A stretch of 40,474 bases of DNA from positions 1 to 40,474 of the IMG/VR virus record IMGVR_UViG_3300048598_000463, one strand, 5' to 3'. The notes under the pieces were generated by a model, which made no database searches, was not told the DNA's origin, and was given only the letters and a program-made list of their open reading frames with translations. A program made the position numbers and the translations under genes. This DNA is from a virus. Its lineage: Duplodnaviria > Caudoviricetes. This document shows, in pieces, positions 33,146-40,474 of this stretch; within the stretch, counting starts at the first letter, position 1; every line of letters starts with the position of its first letter.

Positions 33146-35506
33146 ATGGCAAACACAACCGTCGGCATCATCTTCGAGGTCTACAATCGAGGCACCCGCG
33201 GCTTGGCCAACATCGAGCGGAGTGTCTCGACCGTGGGACGGTCCCTGCAATCCTTGACCGCCACGGCGCTCGGATTGGCCGGCGCGGGGTCGCTGACGTA
33301 CGTCCTGACCAAGACAGCCGAGGGGATTGATCGGATCGCCAAGAGTTCCGACCGGCTGGGCCTGACGACCGAGCAACTCAGCAGTCTTGAATACGCGGCC
33401 AAGCAGAGCAGCGTGGGCGTCGAGGATTTCGACAGGTCGCTCGAGCAGATGACTCGTCGCGTAACAGAGGCGGCCCATGGTGCCGGGACAGCAGGCGAGG
33501 CCCTCGCGGCTCTGGGCCTGGACGCCCGCGAGCTTGCCGCTCAGACTCCTGAGCAGATGCTCTATCAACTGGCCGATGCGATGGCCCGTGTGCCCACCCA
33601 GGCCGAACGCGTCCGGCTGGCGACGAAGCTATTCAAAGGCGAACAGCTCGGCATGGTGAACCTCCTCAAGCAGGGCAGCGATGCCATCCGCCGTCAGCAG
33701 GAGGAGGCGACGACCCTGGGGCTGACCTTCAGTCGAATCGATGCCGCCCAGGTGGAGGAGGCCAATGATGCTGTGGCCCGCTTGGGAGCCGTGATCACCG
33801 GGACGCTACGGATTGCGGTGATTGAGCTATCGCCGTACGTGGAGGCGATGGCAACGGGGCTAGTCGAGGCGACGACCGCCGGCGGTGGATTCGGTGAGAC
33901 GGTCACCTCGGCGATGGAGTCGGTGGCTGTAGCGGCGGCGAAAGTACTTGAGCTACTCCAAAAGATCTCCAGCCTGTCACGAACAGCCCGCGATCTGGGG
34001 GATGTCAAGCGGGTACAATTCGATATTGAGCGACAGGCCCGGGCTCAATACGAATTCGAGATGAAGCGGCAGGGCCGCACGCCCTATCGGTCAACCATGT
34101 TCGGCACACGCCCGGGCCAGACGGACGAGGATCTCTACAATCAGATCCTCTCTCGCACGTGGACTGCCAACGCGCCTCTGTACGCGGACCGTGTCCCTGA
34201 GAGCGGTCCGCAGGACCCGGTAGGGGAGATCGAGAAGTTCTTCGCGGGCGTCCGCGCTCGGGCAGCAGAGGCTCAGCAGCGAGCCACGATCGCGCGATCC
34301 ACACCGGCCACGCCTGTGATAGCTGGTGAGGGCGCGTCGGCTGCCGATGAGATCACCCGCCAGAGTGCCGCCGTTGAGGACCTACTGACTAAACTGCGCC
34401 GCGAGAACGAGCTGCTCGGGATGAACGCCGCCGAGCGCCAGCGGGAGGTGATTCTCGACCAGGTTCGCCGCGTGGCTCAGGATGAGGCGAACCGGGGCCT
34501 ACGGACCACAGCGGACCTCACCGCCGAAGAGGTCCGGGCTGTCGAGCAGCTCGTTGCCAAGCGGCAGCAACTGGAGCAGGCGGCAGCCCAGCGGGAGTTC
34601 AACACAGAACTCAATCAGACAATCTCGACGATGCGAATCGAGACCGAGCAGGCCGCTCTGACGACAAAGGAGCGAGAGCGAGCGGTGGTGATCCAGAACG
34701 CCGAGAATGAGGCCTTGCGTCGCGGAGTCGAACTGACGGCGGCTCAGCGTGAAGAACTCGAGCGAGTGGTCGAGGCGATGCAACGGGCCCGCGACATGGC
34801 TGATGTGACATTCGGCCAAGGCTTCGCTCTGGGCATCCGGAATATGCAGGAGGAACTCAAGACCGCCGGCCAGATCGGCTATGACCTCAGCACCATGCTC
34901 CGGGACGGCGTGGTGGGAGCCATCAACGACGCGGTCTTTCGCGCCGAGGACCTCGGCGAGACCCTGGAGCAGGTGGGCCTCAAAATGCTCGAATACTGGG
35001 CCCAGGAGGCGATGTGGAAGCCCCTTGTCACTCAGGGCATGAACCTCGGCACGCAGTTGCTCGGCAGTCTCGCCGGGAGCATGGCGGGATCGGCCGCAGG
35101 GGGGCAGACCTCGATGTTCGGGGCGTCGAGCGTCGCCACGGCCATCGCCCATACGGGCGGGGTCTCGGGCCGCGATGTCTTCCCGACGCGGATTGTACCG
35201 GCATCGGCCTTCGCTCACGCGCCACGATTCCATGCGGGGGTGGGGCCCGGCGAGCGGGCGGCGGTGATTCGCGACGAGGAGGGGGTCTTCACGCCCGGCC
35301 AGATGCGGGCACTGGGCAGGGGCCTCGGCGGCGATCGCGCGGCATTCGGCGAGATGGCAGGACTGCTCGGCCAGATCCTGGCGGCGGTCCGCGAGCGGCA
35401 AACGCTGAAAGCCACCATCGTGGACAAGCGCCAGACCGCGCAGGAATGGTTTGGGAGCCGCGAAGGCGAGCAGGCATGGAAATACCACGCGGCCAGGAAT
35501 GGGTAG
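33146..35506 (+). CDS. Tape measure protein
   Basis: 786 aa helical A/E/R-rich; IDRIAKSSDRLGLTTEQLSSLEYAA, C-terminal AHTGG...APRFHAG...ERAAVI...EGVFTP. Confidence 0.92.
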   Translation: MANTTVGIIFEVYNRGTRGLANIERSVSTVGRSLQSLTATALGLAGAGSLTYVLTKTAEGIDRIAKSSDRLGLTTEQLSSLEYAAKQSSVGVEDFDRSLEQMTRRVTEAAHGAGTAGEALAALGLDARELAAQTPEQMLYQLADAMARVPTQAERVRLATKLFKGEQLGMVNLLKQGSDAIRRQQEEATTLGLTFSRIDAAQVEEANDAVARLGAVITGTLRIAVIELSPYVEAMATGLVEATTAGGGFGETVTSAMESVAVAAAKVLELLQKISSLSRTARDLGDVKRVQFDIERQARAQYEFEMKRQGRTPYRSTMFGTRPGQTDEDLYNQILSRTWTANAPLYADRVPESGPQDPVGEIEKFFAGVRARAAEAQQRATIARSTPATPVIAGEGASAADEITRQSAAVEDLLTKLRRENELLGMNAAERQREVILDQVRRVAQDEANRGLRTTADLTAEEVRAVEQLVAKRQQLEQAAAQREFNTELNQTISTMRIETEQAALTTKERERAVVIQNAENEALRRGVELTAAQREELERVVEAMQRARDMADVTFGQGFALGIRNMQEELKTAGQIGYDLSTMLRDGVVGAINDAVFRAEDLGETLEQVGLKMLEYWAQEAMWKPLVTQGMNLGTQLLGSLAGSMAGSAAGGQTSMFGASSVATAIAHTGGVSGRDVFPTRIVPASAFAHAPRFHAGVGPGERAAVIRDEEGVFTPGQMRALGRGLGGDRAAFGEMAGLLGQILAAVRERQTLKATIVDKRQTAQEWFGSREGEQAWKYHAARNG

Positions 35507-35514
35507 GGACAGCG

Positions 35515-35913
35515 ATGAGTTTCAGCGACTACTGGGAAAACAAGATTCTCGATCACATCTTCGGCAAGGCCGCGTATACGGCACCAGCGCACATCTACGT
35601 GGCCGCCTCGACAGCCGATCCGGGCGAATCGGGCACAGGACTTGCCGAGCCGTCGAGCGGCAACTATGCCCGCGTTGAGACCGATCCGGCCGACTGGACC
35701 ACGGCAACTGAAGGCCAGATCGAGAATGCTGCTACGATCACCTTCCCCACGCCCACAGCCGACTGGGGCGCGATCACACACGTCGCCCTGTTCGATGCAG
35801 CCGTAGGCGGCAACTTCCTTGCCCGTGGCCAGTTACCGACTGTGCAGAACATCTACTTCGGCGGCGCGCCGCTCGAACTGAGCGCCGGCGGCCTGGCGGT
35901 TACACTGGATTAG
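35515..35913 (+). CDS. Small tail-associated protein
   Basis: MSFSDYWENKILDHIF...GNYARV...ITFPTPTADWGAITHVALFDAAVGGNFL, a widespread phage tail-protein motif set. Confidence 0.8.
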   Translation: MSFSDYWENKILDHIFGKAAYTAPAHIYVAASTADPGESGTGLAEPSSGNYARVETDPADWTTATEGQIENAATITFPTPTADWGAITHVALFDAAVGGNFLARGQLPTVQNIYFGGAPLELSAGGLAVTLD

Positions 35914-35916
35914 GTT

Positions 35917-37626
35917 ATGGCCCAACTCTACGAATCCTACAATGCTCCATACGATTCTGCGATGGGAGCTTCAGGCGGCGGGACTTTCCGGGCCGGTCAG
36001 ACGTTCACGCCGCAGGTCGCTCATGTCCTGACGATGGTCAAGCTCAGGATGTACCGCTCGTCGCCGTCGCTGTACGGCACGCTGTATTGCGGGATCTTCG
36101 CCACAAGCGCCGGCAAGCCTACCGGCACGGCTTTGGTCTCGACGACCATCGACTACAGCACGATGAGCACGAGCTGGCCGGGCGAGGTGGTCGAGATCCC
36201 CTTTACGCCAGGCGTGCTCGTGGAGGCGGGCCTGCCCTATGCCATCGTGATCTGGATGACCGGGGGTGCGGATGCCTACTGGGCGCACGCCCTGTTCCAG
36301 ATGGTGGGGTCCTACGGGGGCGGCACCCGAGTCGGCAGCGACAACGGTGGTGCGACCTGGAGCACAACTGCCGATGATTACTGGTTCGAAGAGTGGGGCG
36401 AGCCGGCGGGGGAGCCCTGCACGATTTCGGCGGTCTCCTCAATGGTGGTTCGCCCGAGTGGAGTTGACTTCGCGCCGGCTTATTGGCCATGGACTTGGCC
36501 TGTGGTCGAGACACTCCTTTTCAATACCGAGATCCTTGAAAGCCACAACCGCACCGAACAGCGGATCGCCAGGCATGGCGGCATCCCGAGGTCGCAGTTT
36601 CGCACGACAGTCCTATTAGCCAGCGATGAGGAGGTCGCGGCGTTCGACGCGGTGACAGACGCATGGCTCAAGCGAACATGGCCCGTGCCGCTGTGGCCTC
36701 AGGCCCAATGGCACACGAGCGCCCTGCCGGCAGGGACCGACCGGATCGAATTGGACACCCGTTACGCGGACTTCCGTGATGATTCCTATGGGCTGGTATG
36801 GCAGCCGGACCACTCCGAGATCATCAAGATCGCTTCCAGGACGGGCAGTGCGTTGACGCTCGGGACGGATCTGGCGAATGACTTTCTCGGAGACAAATGG
36901 ATCGTTCCCTTGCGGCGGGGGTATGTTCTTGATATGGCAGCCAAGCAGCGGCTGATCGGCGGGGCGGCGTTGGTTGAGATGACTTGGCTGGTGATCGACA
37001 ACGCGGCGGTCACCGGCCACGTGGCCTCGCTTGTCTACGACGGGTTAGAAGTGCTGATTTCACCGAGCTACCTGGATGGCGATAGCCATCGCGAGACGCA
37101 CGACCCAGATGTAGCCCTCCTGGACGCCGGGACAGGGCCCTTCGCCGTGGTCAGCAACAGCGATGAGAACCTCATCCGCCAGCGGCACGTCTGGCAGTGC
37201 GTCACGGCTGCCCAATGTTGGTTACTGCGGCAGTTCCTACACGCCGTGCGGGGACGGCAGGGGGCATTCTTGGTGCCGACGTTCCGAAGCGATCTGACGC
37301 TGACTCGTCCGGCGGGCGCTGCCGACACGAGCCTCTGCATCCGAAACGGCGGATTCACCCGCAACATGGGCAACGGTTCCTTGCGGCAGTATGTGGCCTT
37401 CCGGCCGTCCCTGGCCGAGATCATCGTCCGCAGGGTTGCTGGATTCAGCATCGTCAGTCCCATCGAGGAAAGGATCGATCTGGATGCCGCGCCCGGGCGG
37501 GCGTTCAGCGCCGGCAGCACACTATCCTGGGTGGACAAGTGCCGGCTGGCCGACGATGCGGTCGAATTCCAGTGGCGGGGGCATGGCGAGTTGTCGTGCG
37601 CCGTCGATTTGGTCCGGTGTCCGTAG
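35917..37626 (+). CDS. Tail protein: N-terminal beta-sandwich domain plus distal-tail-like domain
   Basis: N-terminal AGQTFTP...YAIVIW...DYWFEEWG module; then ETLLFNTEILES...EQRIA.R..PR and FLHAVRGRQGAFLVPT. Confidence 0.75.
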   Translation: MAQLYESYNAPYDSAMGASGGGTFRAGQTFTPQVAHVLTMVKLRMYRSSPSLYGTLYCGIFATSAGKPTGTALVSTTIDYSTMSTSWPGEVVEIPFTPGVLVEAGLPYAIVIWMTGGADAYWAHALFQMVGSYGGGTRVGSDNGGATWSTTADDYWFEEWGEPAGEPCTISAVSSMVVRPSGVDFAPAYWPWTWPVVETLLFNTEILESHNRTEQRIARHGGIPRSQFRTTVLLASDEEVAAFDAVTDAWLKRTWPVPLWPQAQWHTSALPAGTDRIELDTRYADFRDDSYGLVWQPDHSEIIKIASRTGSALTLGTDLANDFLGDKWIVPLRRGYVLDMAAKQRLIGGAALVEMTWLVIDNAAVTGHVASLVYDGLEVLISPSYLDGDSHRETHDPDVALLDAGTGPFAVVSNSDENLIRQRHVWQCVTAAQCWLLRQFLHAVRGRQGAFLVPTFRSDLTLTRPAGAADTSLCIRNGGFTRNMGNGSLRQYVAFRPSLAEIIVRRVAGFSIVSPIEERIDLDAAPGRAFSAGSTLSWVDKCRLADDAVEFQWRGHGELSCAVDLVRCP

Positions 37627-37643
37627 ACGGGGGAAGAAAGCCA

Positions 37644-38459
37644 GTGAGCTTCTGGGATAAAGAGACATCGCTGATTGAAGCTGTGCCGTACGAGCTACAC
37701 GAGTTCCAGCTCGGCGACTCGAGTACGTTCTGGCGGTATGCTGATGCCCCCGCCGATGTGGTCTACGACGGCCATGCGTTCGTCGCCTGCTACTGCACCG
37801 GCGGCCGGATCGAGCAGGGGGGAAACGTGCTGAGGAGCCAGACGGTCATCAAGGTGGACTGGCGGAATCCCTTTGCCTGGCAATACACGGTCGCAGCACC
37901 CGAGGACATCGTTCACTATGCCCGCTACAAGGGCCATGGACCGGACGTCACGGCGGTCTATCGGGGCGATGTGGTCGATGTCGTGTTTCGCCAATCGGAC
38001 CGCCAGGGCAGGCGGTGGGCGGAGATCGTCATCGATCCAGTCACCGCCGCGATGCAGAGGGCCGGATTGGTCACTCGCTACAGCCGCCAGTGTGGCGTCG
38101 AACTCTACAGCGATCTATGCGGCGTGGCCCAGGCCGATCACAGGTTCTCCGGCGTGCTTGATTCGATCAGCGGGAACGTGCTGACCAGCGCTACGTTCGG
38201 TGAGCAGGGCGACGGCTGGTGGACCGGGGGCGATGTCGTGGTGAACGGCCGCCGACGGAAGATCCTTCAGCACGTCGGCGACGACATCGTGATCTTGCCG
38301 GGTATCCCGGGCTTGGCTGCTGGGCAGGCCTTCGAGGTCTATCCCGGGTGCGATCATTTGGTCACGACCTGCCATGCCAAGTTCAACAACCGCGACGACT
38401 ATCGCGGCCAGCCGAACATCCCGGATGACGACCCGTTCAGCCAATGGGGGATTCTGTGA
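37644..38459 (+). CDS. Tail hub protein, BR0599/DUF2163 family
   Basis: PYELHEF, SRQCGVELYSDLCGV, YPGCDHLVTTCHAKFNN..YRGQPNIP (four conserved Cys); GTG start at 37644. Confidence 0.88.
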   Translation: MSFWDKETSLIEAVPYELHEFQLGDSSTFWRYADAPADVVYDGHAFVACYCTGGRIEQGGNVLRSQTVIKVDWRNPFAWQYTVAAPEDIVHYARYKGHGPDVTAVYRGDVVDVVFRQSDRQGRRWAEIVIDPVTAAMQRAGLVTRYSRQCGVELYSDLCGVAQADHRFSGVLDSISGNVLTSATFGEQGDGWWTGGDVVVNGRRRKILQHVGDDIVILPGIPGLAAGQAFEVYPGCDHLVTTCHAKFNNRDDYRGQPNIPDDDPFSQWGIL

Positions 38460-40045
38460 TGCTGACGATGCCCGTCCTGGCCGTATTCCAATTGATCCCG
38501 TTCCTGTGGCAATTGTTCGTCGCGACGGCGATCTCGACGGGGATCTCGCTGCTGATGGCGGCCAAGCAGAAGGGGCCCAAGGCCGCCGGCAAGGAGGCAT
38601 TCGATCTGCCGACCGCCGAGGAAGGGCGGCCGTACCCGGTGCTGTTCGGCTGCCGGCGACTCCGTTCACCCAACGCGGTTAGTCCGATCATCGAGCTTCA
38701 CGCCAAGGGCAAGAAGCAGCGAGCCGGCATGTTCAACCATAAGACCGTCGCGTACCTGTACCATATTGGCCTGCACCTGGGGATCTGCCAAGCGAACATC
38801 GATGGCATCAAGCAGATCTGGGTTGCCGAGAAGTGCGTGTGGCCGACTCTCGATGACCCAGAGGATCAGGCGGCGGACGGTGCCACGACCGCCACAATCC
38901 AGGCGGGGGAGTGCTTCGGCGGATGGAAGCGCGAGGGCGGTGTCGCCGGAACGGTTCACATCCAGTACGGCGGCGCTGACCAGACACTGGATAGCTACCT
39001 GTCGAGCAAGCTCGGCACCGACCAGCCGGCCTACCGAGGATTCACCGGCGTCATCCTGGCGCTGGTATACATCGGGAGTCTGCCGCAGATCAAACCCTGG
39101 AGCTTCCTGGGCAAGCGGACCCAGAAGTCCACGGACGGCTCACCGATGTGGTATATCAGCAAGGCGTCCGTTGGTTCCGAAGGCGACCTCAATGCGATCC
39201 ACATCCTGTACGAGTTGTTGACGTCGAGGATCGTCGGTTTGGGCAAAGATACCGGTGTCATCGGCTCCAGCTTCATCACGGCGGCGGATACGTGCTACGC
39301 CGAGGGCTATGGCCTGTCGGCCGTGTGGGACTCGGCGGCCGACGACATCGAGGGGATGGTCCAGCAGATCGAGGCCATCATCGATGGTAAGGTCTATGTG
39401 GACCCCTCGACCGGCAAGTTCGAGATTGGGCTGGTCCGCGACGACTATGATCCTGAGTCGCTCGAGGAGTTCGATGAGTCGGACTTCTGGGTCGAGCAGA
39501 TGGCTACGAGCTCGCCCGGAAAGGTCCCGAGCCGGACGGTCGTCCAGTGGCATGACCGAGGCACACTGCAGAACCGTCCAGCGACCGATGACGATATTGC
39601 GCTATTGGCTCGGCAGGGCGGTCACCCTATCATCCAGGAGTTCGACTACTCCGCCTTTGTCTGCTCGGGGCAACTCGCCGGCAAGATCGCAGCTCGGGAG
39701 CAGCAGCAGTTCTCTGCCATGCCCAAGCGGCTGACGCTGCGGGCCCTGCGGACGATGGCCCATCTGCACGAGACCAGCGTCATCCGGGTCTCCTATCCGG
39801 CCTTGAACATCGCCAGCATGATCGTGCGGGTCGTCACGATTGACCGGGGCAGCCTGACCGAGGGCGAGTGCGTCATCGAGGTGGTTGAGGATGTCTTCGG
39901 CCAGGCATACACGACCTACGGTACCCCGCCGGACTCGGTGGCGGAACGGGCCGGTGAGGAGATGGAGGATCGGTTCCTCGACGATGATGGCTATTCCCAG
40001 ATCGTCTTCACCACATCCGGCACGGAGAATGGACCCTACACGTAA
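38459..40045 (+). CDS. Tail tip / central fibre protein (gpJ-like)
   Basis: FDLPTAEEGRPYPVLFG, YHIGLHLGIC, PAYRG, NAIHILYELLT, GKFEIGLVRDDYD, VVEDVFG; TGATG coupling. Confidence 0.85.
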   Translation: MLTMPVLAVFQLIPFLWQLFVATAISTGISLLMAAKQKGPKAAGKEAFDLPTAEEGRPYPVLFGCRRLRSPNAVSPIIELHAKGKKQRAGMFNHKTVAYLYHIGLHLGICQANIDGIKQIWVAEKCVWPTLDDPEDQAADGATTATIQAGECFGGWKREGGVAGTVHIQYGGADQTLDSYLSSKLGTDQPAYRGFTGVILALVYIGSLPQIKPWSFLGKRTQKSTDGSPMWYISKASVGSEGDLNAIHILYELLTSRIVGLGKDTGVIGSSFITAADTCYAEGYGLSAVWDSAADDIEGMVQQIEAIIDGKVYVDPSTGKFEIGLVRDDYDPESLEEFDESDFWVEQMATSSPGKVPSRTVVQWHDRGTLQNRPATDDDIALLARQGGHPIIQEFDYSAFVCSGQLAGKIAAREQQQFSAMPKRLTLRALRTMAHLHETSVIRVSYPALNIASMIVRVVTIDRGSLTEGECVIEVVEDVFGQAYTTYGTPPDSVAERAGEEMEDRFLDDDGYSQIVFTTSGTENGPYT

Positions 40046-40054
40046 GGAGACGAT

Positions 40055-40474
40055 ATGATTAGAACCCAAGGAATTCAGTTTCTCCTTGAGCTGGCGAACG
40101 GCCAGCAGACGAAGCCCGCCAACTACTACATCGGCTGGTGCCAGGAGGCCGAAGACCAGATCCCGGCGAATGCCTCCCTGAGCGATCTGACGGAACTGGC
40201 CGGCAACGGCTATGCCCGCCAGTTCGTTCCCGCCAACACGGTGGGCATGGTCAGTGCCGCCGGCGGGACCAACGGCCGGACCCTGACGACGGCCGAGGTG
40301 ACGCTCACCGCCTCTGGCGGGGCGTGGAGCCTGGCAAAGACCAAGTTCCTGGCCACGACCGCCGACAACAGCGGCAAGCTGATCGTGACCGAGCCCCTTA
40401 ACGCCGGTAGCGGAATCGCCCTGGCCGACGGTGAAAACTACGACGTCACCATCACCCTGGCCAGTGAGCCGTAG
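40055..40474 (+). CDS. Small tail-associated protein, distant paralog of 35515-35913
   Basis: TELAGNGYARQ, EVTLTASGGAW, FLATTADNSGKLI; AAGGAG RBS. Confidence 0.75.
   Translation: MIRTQGIQFLLELANGQQTKPANYYIGWCQEAEDQIPANASLSDLTELAGNGYARQFVPANTVGMVSAAGGTNGRTLTTAEVTLTASGGAWSLAKTKFLATTADNSGKLIVTEPLNAGSGIALADGENYDVTITLASEP

Larger units (their letters stand above)
1..40474 (+). mobile_element. Lambda-like siphovirus prophage segment (extends beyond both window ends), with a ~16 kb cargo insertion between terL and gpW/portal
   Basis: Syntenic terS-terL...gpW-portal-protease-decoration-capsid-connectors-tube-chaperone-TMP-tail tip genes, all on the + strand; no sheath gene; no att site or integrase in the window. 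Confidence 0.93.

Overview
The window is the replication-to-tail part of a high-GC, lambda-like siphovirus prophage, with every credible gene on the + strand. The order is: membrane/secreted proteins, a putative replication protein, a cos-like site, a ParB-fused DNA methylase, TerS, GpA-type TerL and a Zn-ribbon protein. After an interruption come gpW, portal, protease/scaffold, decoration protein, capsid, connectors, tail tube, a frameshifted chaperone, tape measure and tail-tip genes. The TerL and gpW/portal genes, adjacent in lambda, are separated by about 16 kb of mostly lower-GC cargo (about 7570-23780). The cargo is four stacked modules, each with its own near-consensus sigma70 promoter. 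(1) vsr, a MORC/GHKL-ATPase-histidine-kinase fusion, a receiver fused to a possible MazF/PemK-fold domain, and a C5 cytosine methylase, with no restriction nuclease visible. (2) A highly structured, switch-like leader RNA ahead of a divergent ECF sigma factor. (3) A membrane protein and an orphan receiver, then a cold-shock-domain/Shedu (DUF4263) nuclease fusion flanked by diverged direct repeats of a dead small gene. (4) An NMT1/THI5-type ABC transporter operon with a tandem pseudo-DAC/DAC diadenylate-cyclase-like protein and a SAM methyltransferase embedded in it. Modules 1 and 4 are the best candidates for undescribed systems. All family assignments come from motif recognition by eye; no searches were run. 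No integrase, recognisable endolysin, tRNA, rRNA or CRISPR array was seen.
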